Below, piece by piece: positions 26,450 through 41,905 of a DNA stretch of 64,000 nt. The notes under the pieces are model-generated. The model saw nothing but the letters and a program-made list of their open reading frames with translations, was not told where the DNA came from and did not search any database. The stretch lies in the NCBI RefSeq assembly GCF_009914755.1, contig NC_060941.1. One strand, written 5' to 3'. How positions within the stretch are numbered: position 1 is the stretch's first letter; every line of letters starts with the position of its first letter. The stretch is from the human T2T-CHM13v2.0 reference genome, Homo sapiens. Both the position numbers and the translations under genes were made by a program.

Positions 26450-27570
26450 TGGTGCCACTGATCTATTTTCTGCCCCTCTAGGTTTGCCTTTTCTGGAATG
26501 TCAAATAAATGGAATCACACAGTATGTAGCCTATTACTTCTGTAGGTATTTTTGCTTCTTTCACTTAGCGGAAGGCATTTGAAAACAACCCATGTTTTTG
26601 TGTGTATCCATGGTCGATTTCTTTCTACCGCTAGGTAGTATTTCATTGTTTGGGTGTGCCACAGTTTGTTTATACATTCCTCAACTAACAGAGATTTGGG
26701 TAGCTTCCAGTTTGGGCAATTACAAGTAACTATAAACTATAACTATAGACTATAAATAACTATAAACATTCATGTACAGGTTTTGCATGACCATAGCTTT
26801 CATTTCTCCAGGAGTGAAATTGCTGGGCCATATGGTAGATGTATGCTAACTTTACAAGAAACTACCAAGTGGTTTGTAAAGTGTTTGTAGTCTTTTTGCA
26901 ATCCCACCAGAGATGTATAAGAGTGCTGGCTACTTTGCACCCTAGTTATCATTTGGTATTGTCAATATTTGTTATTTTAGGCATTCTAAGAGATGTATAG
27001 TGATATATCATAGTGGTTTTAACTTGCATTTTACTAATTACCAATGATGCTGAGCATCTTTTCATGTGCCTCTTGGTCATCCATATATCTTCTGTGGTGA
27101 AACATCTGTTCATGTCTTTTGCCCTTTTTTCCCTCAAAATTTTTTACTGTGTTAAAACACACATACCAAAAGATTTATCATCTTAATGTTTTTAAGTTTA
27201 CAGTTTAGTGGTTCTAAATATATTCATGATATTGTGAAACTATCCCCACTATCCATCTTCATAACTCTTTCCCTCTTGTGAAACTAAAGCTCTGCACCCG
27301 TTGAACAATAACTCCCCATTTCCCCATCCCCCTCGCCCCTGGCAGCCACCCTTCTACTGTCTCTGTGATTTTGACTACTCTAAGTATACCTCATATAAGT
27401 GGAATCGTACAGTATTTGTCTTTTGTGAGTGCTTTTGCCCTTTTTAAATGTGCTTGCTTTCTGATTGTTGGATTTTGAGAGCACTTTGTATATTCTAAGA
27501 CACATGTCATTTATCAGTTATGTAACTTGCAATTATTTATGTCTTTCCATTCTCAGAACAGTGTTTTGTT
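26450..27570 (-). mobile_element. Old L1M 3' fragments, nested
   Basis: Antisense L1 3'UTR/ORF2-end motifs (MKRCSASLVISKMQVKTTM). Confidence 0.8.
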
Positions 27571-27574
27571 TTAT

Positions 27575-27718
<144 letters not shown>

Positions 27719-28355
27719 TTCATTCCAGCCACGTGGCCCTTCTTGCTTCCTCTAATATGTCTATTACAGGTCTGCCTCAGGACCTTTGCACTTGCTATTG
27801 CCTCCATCTGAAATGCTCCTCCTCCAAATATCCTCATGACTCACTCCTCCATTCATTCTCTGTTAAATGTCACCTTACTTAAGAGACCCTCCCTGAAGAC
27901 TCTATTTAAATGGCTCCCCAGCTCCATCTTGCTCTGCTGCTCCACCTTGATTTATTTATTCTCATGGCGTATATCACAATCTGACATAACACGTATTTGC
28001 TCATTTTTATTTATTTATTAACTGTATATTCCTTCCCCCAACAACTATCAGAATGTCAAGCTGGAGCGAGCAGGAATTTTGTCTGTTTTATGCACTGATG
28101 TATCTCCAGTGCCTAGAACAGTGCCTGCACATACTGAACTCTTAATCAAGAGTCCTCGATCTTACTGAACAAACTCAAACAATTATTACAGCGTGCCTAC
28201 TAGGGACCGGGCACAGTGCTGGGCTTCGGAGATACAATGGAGAGAAAAACAGACATGGTCCCTGCCTTCATGGATCTCACAGTACAGCAAGAAAGACCAA
28301 TAGTAAGTCATCAGAGAAATAAAATGGGTAATAGTTCCTGGGCCTACAAGAAGTA

Positions 28356-28682
28356 CAGTCGGCCCTAAGTATCTGTAGGTTCCCCATCTGTGCATACAGC
28401 CAACTGTGGATAGAAAAATATTTTTTAAAATAAATAAATAACAATAAAAATAACAGTACAACAATAAAAATGTAAATAATAGAATATAACAACTATTTAT
28501 ATGGCATTGACATCATATGAAGTATTACAGGTAATCTACAGGTGATTTAAAGTACACAGAAGGATTGTGTACATTCTATGCAAATACTGTGCCATTTCAT
28601 ATAAGGGACTTGAGCATCCTAGGATTCTGGTATCCATGGGAGGTCCTGGAACCGGTCCTCTACGGATACCGAGGGACAACTG
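28356..28682. mobile_element. MER2 (Tigger-derived) inserted in an L2
   Basis: TA|cagtcggccct...gagggacaactg|TA. Confidence 0.85.
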
Positions 28683-29118
28683 TACACAGAGCTGGGGAGC
28701 TTGTAACTTAGTCATAAGGGACCTAGTCATGGAAGTGAGAGAAGGGCTCCCAGAGGAAATGGTGATTGAACTGAGAGCTGAAGAGTGAACAGTGGCTAAC
28801 CACGTGAGGAACAGGGAGAAAGGGACATCTAGCCATGTGGCATTTCATGTACAAAGACCCCATGCGTGGAAGGAGCTTAGCATGTTTGAAGAACTAAAAC
28901 ATGGTGAGATTGCCTAAGGGTGGTGAGTTGGGCAAGAGGGAGGCTGCAGTGGGGCTGGGGTGAAGGCAGGGCACTCTGGGGCTGGGGCAGGCAAGGTGGC
29001 GATGGCCAAGTAGGGACTGGCCTTTACCTTATGAGAAAAGGGAAGCCACTCAAGGGTGAGCTCACCTTTTTAACCACCCAGTGTATGTGGAACATAATAA
29101 ACACTCAATAAAACACTA

Positions 29119-29440
<322 letters not shown>

Positions 29441-30199
29441 AAAACACTTGTATGTTGAAAACACTCTTAGATGTTAGTGGCAGTGTAAACTGGTCCCATT
29501 TCTCTGTAGGGCAATTTCAGCACATCTTTCAAAATTACAAATGTGTATACATTTTCACTTAGCAATTCTGCTTATAAGAACTTATCCTACAGATGTTTGC
29601 CCATGTATGAAAAGACATTTGTACAGGGTTATTCACTGCTGTGTTGCTTATAATAGTAGAAGAATGTAAATAAACCAGCTGTCCCTTAATAGGAGATTAC
29701 TGAAAAAGTTGTGATATCTCTATGCAGTGGACTAATATGAACCATAAAAAAATGAAGACTTCTATGCATTGTTTTGAAAAGAACTCCACGATATATTAAG
29801 TTTTTAAAAATCAAAAAAGAGAGCACCAGAAGAAAAGATGTACAGTTTTTCTATACATACCATATCTCTGAAAGGAGGCATAAGAAACTGGTCTGTTACT
29901 TCCCTCTAGGGAGGGAAATCAGACAATTGGGACTGGGTTAGGAGATCCTTTTACTGAATTCTGAACCAGGCAAATATCTTACCTATTCTATATAACAAAA
30001 TAAATTTACATGATAGGAATTATGGATTAAATAAACTAATGAGTTAGAAAATTAATTTATCTTTTAAACAGCTTTCAGCCAAAACTCCCCTCTGCTATTC
30101 AGACAGAAAGGATTTAGGGAGTCCTGGCCCCTACCCCACTCTCTGATTCCTGACACAGCCCCCAAAGGGAATCCACCAACAGAGGGGCCTTTGGAAAGG

Positions 30200-30500
30200 G
30201 AGGTTGGATGAAAGTATTTGTTTTGGTCAATTGCATCATTTCCAGGAAAGGGCCTCCATTTTACCTTGAAATCAGGCTGTCTCAGGACCCCACAGAAACA
30301 CAGTTCGGGGACTTTCCCAAACTTGTTTAATTAGGCTTCTTGCTGAAAAGCTGCGCTGTGGGTCTCTAAAGCAGTAACTGGCCTCTAGAGATGCAATCAT
30401 CTCTCCACAGGGAACTCTCATGAAAAAGTCTGATACTCAGTGCTTTCCTGAATAAAAATAAGCATCCAAAAGTATTTGCAATATCAGGAAAAGCAGAACA
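30200..30500. promoter_or_regulatory. Candidate cytokine-responsive enhancer
   Basis: GGGACTTTCC 30308-30317, TTCCAGGAA 30240-30248, ATTGCATCA 30230-30238, TATTTGTTT ~30215, in apparently unique sequence. Confidence 0.45.
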
Positions 30501-31636
30501 AAGCGGGTAAGGCTGGAATGTCTTGAGCTTCTCAACTGCAATGACCAAAGAGTTGATCTGTGAGTTCTGATTAAATTCCAGTAAAAAGGGCACTTGACAG
30601 TGAGGGCCACTCAATTTCATCACCCTGGCTTGATGACAGAGGATGAAAGAGAGGCCAGGGGCTCACCTCCAGAAGGAGTTTCCTGTCCCTCTGGGTGGGG
30701 GAAGTAGGCTCCCGGTGCTGATGAAGGGAGGCTGCTGTGAGCTGTGCCCTGGAGTCCCCTCTAGGAAGTCTGAGGCACAGACCAGGAGAGAGGGCCTAGG
30801 AGGGACCAGTAAAGGACGAAGCAACAGAAAAGAGTGAGAATAAGTGAAGGATGGGAATCTTCAACCCGCAGCCTCTGTTTGTTCTATAAAGTGGTCATTT
30901 GTATAACAATTCTATGGAGGAAGGATTACTGCCCTCAGCCCCCACCCCCATTCTACTGATGAGGAAACTGAGGCTGAGACAAGTGTACTCGCTTGCCTAA
31001 GGTCTCACACCTCACTAGTGTCCAGGTCAGGATACGAGCCCAGGTCACTCTGATGCCAGGATCCCTTCTCTTGCTTCCAGGGCAACTTTAATATAATCAG
31101 AAGAACCCATGTTTGAGTCAACAATAAACATTTAGCTCTGAAGAAACTGTGCCATTTTCCTTTTAAATATTATATCTTAATATGCTATTGGTACAGGCGA
31201 ATAATTTCCACCGCAAAAACAAAGAAGATGAATTCCTCTTTTTTTCTTTCCTTCTCGCCTCTCCTATGAGCTGGAGGGGGAAACTCAAGTCCTTTTACCA
31301 GTTGACAAGACAAAAGAAAATACCCAAGATCCCCAGCATAGCCAGAGTTCCTCTTGGAGGCAGGATCAGACTGCTGCAGCCACTTGGGCCATTCTAGATG
31401 CCAAAAGCTTTCCTCAGGGACAACATTTGGAGTCAACACCAGTATATTTTCCTTGCTGGGGCTTTCTATAAACTGTGTCTTTCGCCTCACCTGAAGACAA
31501 AACTGGGGAAAACAACCTTACCTTAGCCATGCAGACTTGGATTAGACACAGCAAAGAACTTCCTGACAATGAGTGATGGATGTGGGATCAAAATATGGGT
31601 AATTAAGGAAGGACAGACTTGGAATAAGTTGGTTGG

Positions 31637-32000
31637 TGATATGGTTTGGCTGTGTCCCCACCCAAATCTCATCTTGAATTGTAGCTCCCATAATTCCCAC
31701 ATGTTGTGGGAGGGACCTGGTGGGAGATAACTGAATCATGGGGGCATTTTCTCCCATACTGTTCTCGTGGTAGTGAATAAGTCTCATGAGATCTGATGAT
31801 TTTGTAAGGGGTTTCCCCTTTCGCTTGGCTCTCACTTTCTCTCTTGTCTTCTGCTGCGTAAGACATGCTTTTCACCTTCCGCCATGATTATGAGACATCC
31901 CCAGCCACAAGGAACTGTGAGTCCATTAAACCTCTTTTTTGTTATAAATTACTCAGTCTTGGATATGTCTTTATTAGCAGCATGAGAACAGACTAATACA
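31637..32000 (+). mobile_element. THE1 solo LTR
   Basis: tgatatggtttggctgtgtcccc...gactaataca; TSD GTTGG. Confidence 0.93.
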
Positions 32001-32439
32001 GTTGGGAATGTGCCGTGCGTGTAGTCTAGACTTAGTGGATTGAGGTTGAGCTGATTTGTTGATTATCTCTCACCATCTCCTGCAAGCACCCTGCCATCTA
32101 GTCTGAGTCTCCTCCCAGGCCCACATTTAATTATACCTCTAGCTGACCCCACCATCTGAAATGCCTTCTCCTCAGGTGAGACAGGACTGCCTCAATCCTG
32201 TCTGCCTTTCAAGGTATAGCTCAATTTCCTGGGTCTGCTCGAAGCTTTCTCTGACCACTCCAGCCCATATCAATCTGCCCCTCGGAATTCTAGGTAGTCT
32301 GGGCCTTAGTCATGGTCATCTGGGTAGAGGGTAGCTGGTTCCTGGGAAGCCGGATGGGGGTGTTGTTATCAGAGAGAGAGGGAAAGGGCACGGGAGAGAA
32401 GAAGGAGTGACTATCATAGCTGTCTATCCTGAAACACAA

Positions 32440-32625
32440 GCTACATGATGATTGTCCACTCTGCCATGAGCCTGCCACACCAACCACATGACAGCTGTCC
32501 ACTATGCCATGAGCCTAGCTTGCCTAGCTTAGCTACAAGACAACTGTCCATGCTGCTGTGAGCATGCCACACTAGTCACATGACAACTGTCCGGTTTGCC
32601 TCGAGTCTGCCACATGCAATCATTT
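32440..32625. repeat. Degenerate ~43-bp tandem repeat, ~4 copies
   Basis: acatgacagctgtccactatgccatgagcctgccac-type units. Confidence 0.75.
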
Positions 32626-35122
32626 GACCCACATTTACCTTCCAGGTGGGCTCTTCTGGGAGGAGGGGTCCTGAAAGCACACATACATATTTGCCAACAA
32701 CATTTCCCAAACAATGTCAAATCACGAAGTTAGCACTCTGAGGCACACTCATGTTATGTTGGTTTGCAGCACAGCTAGCTTCTCTAGCATCCAATCACCC
32801 TGCTACAGTTATATGTTACCGCTTGAAAGATGCACTCGCATATAAGATTTCGTTTTATCCTCATAACAACTCCATAAAGCCCATCTTATAGATGAGAAAA
32901 CAGACTCAGGCAGAGTGGGTGGTTTGTGCCAGTTCACATGGCTAAAAGGCAGCAGAACTAGCACTAGAGTCCAACCTCTTCAGCCCTTGGCCAGGGCACT
33001 TTTCATGATACCATCCATGCTCATCCCCAACTCTGCCCCCACGAGGTGCACACAGAGTGGGCATTCCCTGTATTACCAATTGACAGGTGACCAGCTGGTC
33101 AATGTTGGTGCCAGTTAGAATTCCGACTTCTGACCATAACACAGAAATACTCCTACTCATTCACATATTGGTCTCGCATTAGTATTCTATTGTCCATATA
33201 CCCTATACGAGAGCATCAGATTCACCTCAATTATTTCCTGCAGTTCACACCAAAAGCAGAAGATGGACCAGCCCAGCACACCAGGCTCCGGGTGCCATGC
33301 ACCTTCTGCTATCTAAGCTGAGCCAAGAAACCCCAAACTGTCCATCTCTAGTCACTCGGCTGTCTTGGATGATTCCTGACCTGCCCTCCTTCAGGCTAAT
33401 CTCAGCCAGACCCCAAGAACTTGACTCCAAGTTTTTGCTAAAACAAGCTTGCCTCTGTTCTCTGGTCTCTCCAGCATCTGCCTCTTGGCTTTTCCAGATA
33501 GACTTTGGCTTGGTCTTGCTTCCTGGTACCAGAAAACAGGGTGCAATGGGTCTCTACATAAATTAATTAATGTTTTCAAGGTGCTTGGAACAGTGGCTGG
33601 CACATAGTAAACACAATATAAGTGTTTGCTATTGTTATACCTGCTTAGAATACTACATCCCAAACACTTAATCCAGGCTTCCCAATCCCTTGGTATAAAG
33701 TCCCAAACCATTGCACAGCTCTGGCTGAGCTCTCTGAGGTCATCGTCCATGACTCTCCTCCTTGTGCTCTGAAATACCTCGACTTCCTTTAGGTCCATGA
33801 AGATGCTACACCCTTTCCACCATAGAGCTTTGCCTTGCTGTTTTCTCCATTAAAATACTCTTCATTTCCTGACCCCATCCCGCTTCCATCCCCCTGCCCA
33901 AAAACACTCATCGTTCAATTCTTAGCTGGAATCTTACTTCCCCTGGGAGGTCTTCCCTGTGTCCATTCACCGCTCCACCCATCAAGATTAGGTTGGATCT
34001 CCATGTTACACTTTCCTATAGCATCCCTTAGTGATTATTCTAAATGGGCATATAGTTGCTTCTTTCATGTTTGTCTTCCCCCTGGACTGTAAGCCTCATG
34101 AGAACAGGAACCGTATTTAAAGATGCATTACTGTCTCCTCAGTGCCTGCCACAATGTTTAGAATGACTAGGGGCTCAAAAACATATTGAATTGTATTGAA
34201 CTGAATCAAGATGGAATGAAAAATGATAGTGGCATTGATGCCAATGAAAATAATGAACTTAAAGCTTACTGCGCTATTATTTATTTGCTAGATTTGTCAT
34301 GACCTGCTGAAAACCAGAACCTTGAATCCAATCAGTAATTAAAGGGTGAAGAATGGAGGAAACAAATTATAAAATCAATACTTCTTTGGGCAACAGCATC
34401 TTTAACTATTGCTACCATTTCATTCATTAAAGCTGAAAGGGAGAGATGAGGGTCCCGGTTATCAGGGATCAAATGACAACCAGCAAGTTACTCATCCCTG
34501 ATTGGTCAATCCAGAAGGCGCTGAACTTTGCCTTGTACACAAAGACATTGCCTGGCATTATCAGTGCTGCCATTTGAGGAGTGTTGAGATTATCTTCACC
34601 AACCCAAACAAATGTGAAACAATGCACAAGGAAAGTAAAGGGAACAACAGCTCACCCGCCTTTTCACAGTGATGGTTTCTGTCTTCCAGAGCCCAAGGTT
34701 CAACTCACTTCCAGTCAACAGGGACCCACCAAGTCCCTCTCTCTGCCTACAACTGTTCATTGAGTAACTTCTAATTTGGATGATGAGCACTTGAGGGCTC
34801 ACTCCACAACATCCATCAGTCCTGATTGTTCCTAGTAGTTTTTCCCACTGACAGCAGCATCATCTACTCTCTATGAGGTGCCCTCTGGGGTCTGACTCAG
34901 GCTGGATGACACAGCTGGGTGATTGATTATTTTGATGCAGACACACAACTTTCTGCAACTGTATTTCTGCCTTCTGCTTCCCAGAGCCAGAACCTTTCCC
35001 CTCAACTTTTTCTTTTTACTTCATCCACAGTGGTTGTGTAAGGGGTTTTAGCCACCCATAATTCTATCAGGCCACTCCAAAGCAACCTCATATAAATATG
35101 CAGTCCATAAAAAGCAATAAGA

Positions 35123-35423
35123 GGCCAGGCACAGTGGCTCACGCTGTAATCCTAGCACTTTGGGAGACCAAGGCTAGCAGATCACTTGAGGCCAGGAGTT
35201 CAAGACCAGCCTGGCCAACATGGCAAAACCCCATCTCTACTAAAAAAAACAAAAATTAGCTGGGTGTGGTGGGACACCTCTGTAGTCCCTGCTACTCAGG
35301 AGGCTGAGGCAGGAGAATCACTTGAACCCTCAAGGCGGAGGTTGCAGTGAACCAAGATCAGGCCACTGCACTCCAGCTTGGGCAACAGAGTAAGACTCTG
35401 TCTCAAAAAAATAAAAATAAAAA
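35123..35423 (+). mobile_element. Alu (AluS-like)
   Basis: TSD aaaaagcaata. Confidence 0.9.
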
Positions 35424-37040
35424 GCAATATGAGTGCTGCCCAAATGAACTTGCTGCTCCCCTTTCAACCTGACTGCTACTCCAAGTCCCTTCTATCAGGA
35501 GTCATATGTCAGCAGGCAAGTGACTCATCTCTGATTTGCCAATGCAGAGGGTGCTGAACTCTCTGCCCTGGGTACAAGGTATTACCTCGCACTATCAGTG
35601 ATGTCATTTCGGAACTGCTGAGAATGAACAGCCACCACCGCCCATAGTAGCCACCACCTGGCCAAAGAACCTGATTCATATGCAGCAAATTGACAGAGTG
35701 TTGGAATCACACAGACCCAGTGTCAATCCCAGCTGTACCACCTTATGTCCGTAAGAAACTGGGCCAGTCCTTCATTTCTCTGAGCCCCAGTGTCCTCATC
35801 AGAAAATGAAAACGACAGCACCTCTTCATGTGGTTGCTGCCAGAATTTGAGATAATATACACCAAGTACTCACCCAGCACCTGGCTCCATGTTAAGAGTA
35901 ATATCCACTAAACATATGTAGAAAAAGTGAGCATTAGATGAAACAAGTGCAAGGAATTTTGCACCAAGAGATGACAGAATTCTTAGGGAGAAATCCATGT
36001 GACCTGCAGATAGAGTTCAAGAAAGGCTTTGTAAGGGGTCAGCATTTGAGCAGAGCCTTGAAACAGGGGCGAGGCATTTGGCAGATGGACTGGGGGAGGA
36101 GGGCACGCCAGGCAGGGGAACAGCACAAGCAGATGCTAGGAATGGAGCCCAAAGCAGCCGTACCTATTTGGGCAGGTAACACAATGCAGCTGAAGCACAG
36201 TGGGCAGTGGGTGGGAGCCTCAGGACAGGAGGCTGGGGCCAAGAAGGAAATGGGTTGGAAGGGCCCTGCAGAGTCACTGCTAAGTTGTAGGGATGTACAA
36301 TATAGCCAGAGTCTTGTCAGCAAGGGTCATGTCAGGATAAATCAACTACAACAGCAATTAGATAATGGAAAAACGAATATCATATTTTCAAACTCCACCA
36401 TTTAAGGCTCTCTGGGCTGTTGGAGACCGTTACATCATCTGAGAGGTGGTTTCTTAATCAGAGAAGGAGGCAGCCCTGGAGGGAAATAATGCTGAGGCTG
36501 AGTTAGGCGAGCTGAGTCCTCTGGAGGCATGTTATACAGATGCGCCAAGGACACTGTGAAGTCCAGGTCTCATCAAGTCCTAGAGGCTTGGCTGCCAAGT
36601 CAGCCCCCAAAGTAAAGTCACAAGTCCTAAAAAAAACAACCTTGGAGATTCTCTCTATTCAACCCTTACTGTGTTCTTACCACACGTAAGACCTTGCTTT
36701 TGGCCTGAGAGGCACAAAGATGAACAGAGCATGGTCAGCCTCTGTCCCACAGGAACTTACAGTGCAGCCTCAGTGCCTGGCCCAGACTGGCACCCACAGT
36801 GACTGCCCGAAGACTGGCAAAGACCAGCACAGGCTGGGCAGGAGAGGCTGGGTGAGGCTCTCAAAAACCAGAAGCAGGGTGACTACACTCCAGGAGGGGG
36901 GCCATGGGCCCAAGTGCCTCCTCTCCACTGTCCTGATGCCTAGGGGCCTTTCCTCTGTTATTATACAGAGCCACGCTTCACTTTTACCCATGCTGGCGGC
37001 TGTCTATAACAATATATAAATACTGAGCTGTTTTTCATTA

Positions 37041-37366
<326 letters not shown>

Positions 37367-37975
37367 AATTGAACAAATCCAGAAAAATAGAAGGAAAAAT
37401 TACCCAGAATTTTAGCACCACTGTTTTGATGGCTCTCTCTTTAGTTTCTCTCTCTCTGCATAAGCAAGTTTGTTTTGATGTTTTATTTGTAAATAATCAC
37501 ACTGTATATTCAATTCAATTTTGTGTACTACCTTTTCTCAGGAGCATCTTGTCATAGACAGTTTTCTTTTTATTAAAAATTATTTTGAAATTATCAGTCT
37601 TACGAGCCTCATGACATTTTATCACACAGTTATATCGGAGTTCACGGGTCCTGTACGTTTGCTGCACTGAGAGCTGTGTAGTGTCCCATGGCGGGCACAG
37701 GTTTTGTGGTTAGGCAGACGCCCGTCCTCTCCAAATCCTATTCTGACACTTAGCTGTGTAGCTTTTAACAAGTTACGCCATCTCTCTGAGTCTCAGCTTT
37801 CTCATCCATAAGACAAAGATATCATAATCACTTTGCATGCTTTTTTTTTTTTTTGAGGATCAGAACTTAATACATGTAAAGCAACTAAATAAAGCAAATT
37901 AGATTACTAGAATTGACCAGTGTGTGTCTTAAACTGGAAGATACCAATTGGCCAAGACACAAATCTAAGCAATTA

Positions 37976-38850
37976 CAGTCAGCCCTCCATATCCACGGGT
38001 TCTCATCCGCAGATTCAATCAACCTCAGACTGAAAATATCTGGGGAAAAAATGGACGGTTGCATCTGTACTGAAGACATATGGGCTTTTTTCTTGTCATA
38101 ATTCCCTAAGCAATGCAGTATAACAATGACAGTTAACCCTTGAACAACACAGAGGTTAGAAGCACCAATACCCCATGCAGTGGAAAATCCACATGTAACT
38201 TTCAGCTCCCCAAAAACTTAACTAATAGTTTACTGTTGACCAGAAGCCTTACCAATAACAGAGACAGTCAACTAACACATTTTGTATGTTACATGTATCA
38301 CATACTGAATTCAAACAATACCGTGAGCTAGAGAAAAGAAAATGTTATTGACCCATTTATGCCTGAGGTTGCAATTTTTTGAATTTTTGCAATCAGACCT
38401 TGAGCAGTAGGATATAAATAACTCCCACATGCTTAGCATTCCAATAATGGAACACTGGGCATAAATAGTTAAGAAAATAAGGAAGAGAAAATACATTTCC
38501 TATTCACTGAGTGGAAGTGTATCATCACAAAGGTCTTCACCCTCACCATCTTCATGATGAGTGGGCTGAGGAAGAGGGGGAAGAAGAGGGATCTGTCCCA
38601 CTGTCTCAGGGGTGGCAGAGGCTGAAGAAATTCGTGTATAAGTGGACCTACACAGTTCCAGCATCAGCCGTATTTACATAGCATTTATATTGTTTCAGGT
38701 ATTATAAGTAATTTCAAGATGAGGTAAACTATACAGCAGGTTGTGCATAGGTCAAATGTAAATACTATGCCATTTTTAATAAGGGACTTGAGCACCTGTG
38801 GATTTTGGTATCTGTGGGGGCTACTGGAACCATGCCTCGGGGATGGCTGT
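37976..38850. mobile_element. MER2 containing a Tigger2-type element (~38131-38660)
   Basis: ta|cagtcagccctcc...ggggatggctg|ta; inner cagttaacccttgaacaacac start. Confidence 0.75.
38352..38468 (-). mobile_element. MER85 (piggyBac/PGBD3 MITE)
   Basis: cccatttatgcct...ggcataaatag TIRs, TT(G)A/TTAA target site, internal palindrome attccaataatggaac. Confidence 0.88.
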
Positions 38851-39196
38851 ACATATAATTTAGAGCCAAACACAGGCACAGGCACAAACAGGTTCTTTTG
38901 GAGTGAGAGCCCTGAAAAGAACCAATAGCACTTTCTAGGCAGCTATTCCAAGGGTAGTGGTGTAGGAGGAACCACCAGGCTTTGGAGCTAGACAGTGCTG
39001 GGTTTGAATCTCACATTTACCCTAGTATGTCATTGGGTGATTTGTTTAACCTCTGAGCCTCATTTTTTTTTAATCAGTGGAAATAATAAACTATGACTTT
39101 GTGAAGATTCAGTCGAATGAACTATGGCATGAAAAATGCTTGACACTGTGACCAGAACAGATGCTTAATGAATCCTCCCACCCCTCTCCTCCCTTA

Positions 39197-39837
<641 letters not shown>

Positions 39838-39889
39838 TCAGTTTTCAATTATAGTCTTTTACCAAAAAATCCTTTAAGAGGCTCTCTTG

Positions 39890-40112
39890 CTGGCATTCCT
39901 CTTCCCTCTCTTTCCTGCCTCTTGTCCCCTCCCTTATCCCCCTCCCTTTTCTTTCCTTCTCTTACCTCTCTTCTCCTCTCCCCTTCTCTCCTCCTTTGCC
40001 TTTCTCCTCTCTTTCCTTCCTCCCTTTTCTCTCTCCTCTCTCCCCAACTTCCTTACCACTGTTTAGTATTTCCCCTCTTGCACCCCCTTTTTCTTACATT
40101 CTCTTTTCTCTT
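39890..40112. repeat. CT-rich low-complexity tract
   Basis: ~220 bp of nearly pure pyrimidine. Confidence 0.9.
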
Positions 40113-41625
40113 CAAAAAGAGGTTCTTGAGAGGGCAGAGCCCCCAGACTCTCTATCAGCCAGGGTTTGGTGTGGAGAACAGAAACCACTCTAGGCATTTC
40201 AAGAAGGGGCTCACTCCAGGAAATTAGGTTCATAAAAACCCATCAGAAAGCTGGAGAAGCAATGGTCAGGGAAGCCACTGCTGGGCTTCAAGAGATCCGG
40301 AAGCCACTCCTGCTGTCTAGGCCAGGGGCCAGAGGAAACCATACCTGGTGATGACAGCTACCCAAATCACCAGGTGGGAGAGCCACATGGGATCCGGAGA
40401 GATGCCACATCTCCTGTCTGCCAAAGCCCACACCTCTGCCTGCTGATGCCGCCACCTCCCAAGTCTCACACAAGGGCCTCCTGAGAGGCCAGCCCAGGAG
40501 GAACTGCCCAGCAAGAGAGGGCAATAGGAGGGGACCCGGAGGGCATGACCAAGACTAAATCCTTGAGGATCAAGAGAAAGAGTACCCAAATACCAATCTC
40601 AAGCCCAGACAGCAAGAAACTCCAAGGTCTAGGGTGGAGATGACAGAGACTGGGAGCTCGGGCGAATGGCATAGGAATTAAGGGCACTGGCTTTTAATTC
40701 AACTCCAGTTCCCCTGCTCACCAGCTGTGCAAACTGCTTTACTTCTCTGGGCCTTAATTCCCTCATCTGCAAAGTGGGACTTATAATAGCACCTACTTCT
40801 CAGAGAAAATTGAAGTAAACAAAGCACTTAAGGCCCAGTGCCTGGCATGTAGTAAGCACTGAAAATACAGTAACATTGTACAAATCATTCCAAAGCACCT
40901 GTCCCACCTTCTCTTTGTCTCTACCATTAAGAGGAAATGATACAGAGGGGGGCTACCTGCTAACTTTTGTTTTCCTTGCAAAACCTGAAAAGGTAACATT
41001 TTCAAAAATCCATGTCTGCAGCAATGTCTGACCCTTCTTCATTTTGCTTCTGAAGGTAGAGTAAGTTGGGTGACTGCCCTCCCTTGGCCATGGAAAAAGC
41101 TAAGGCATAAAGGATCCAAAATCCTATTGATGATATTTGGAACATTTTCTTTTAATTATACAGTAAATTGACTTCTGGGGGCAGTGGACAAGCCTGTGAA
41201 TTTTAACACATGCAGAGATTCATGCAATCGCTGCCACAATCAGGACACAGACAGCCCCAAACACTCCCTTATGAAATCCCTCTATAGTCACCCCTGCCTT
41301 CACCTCCACCCCTAACCTCAGGCAACATGCTCTGTTCTCCAACATGGTAGTTTTGTCTTCATGAGACGGTCAAGAATGGCTCTATTATGTGTGTAACCTT
41401 TTGAGACTGGCCTCTTTCACTCGGCATAATGCCTTTGAGATTCATCCAAATTGGTTCAGGTATCAATAGTGAGTTTCTTTTGCTTGCTGAATTGTATTCC
41501 ATGTTTGTGCTGTCTGAAGAGAATATTCAAACATCCTTGATGCTGTTCCTTTGTGAAGCCCACTTTGGTGAAATTCAAAGCAATTGATTCAGAGTAGCAA
41601 AAGATGTATTCTAAAAGAATTTTTT

Positions 41626-41905
<280 letters not shown>

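Noticed and set aside
35938-36405. 155-aa ATG ORF
   Set aside because: Overlaps L2-like sequence; no domain or splice support
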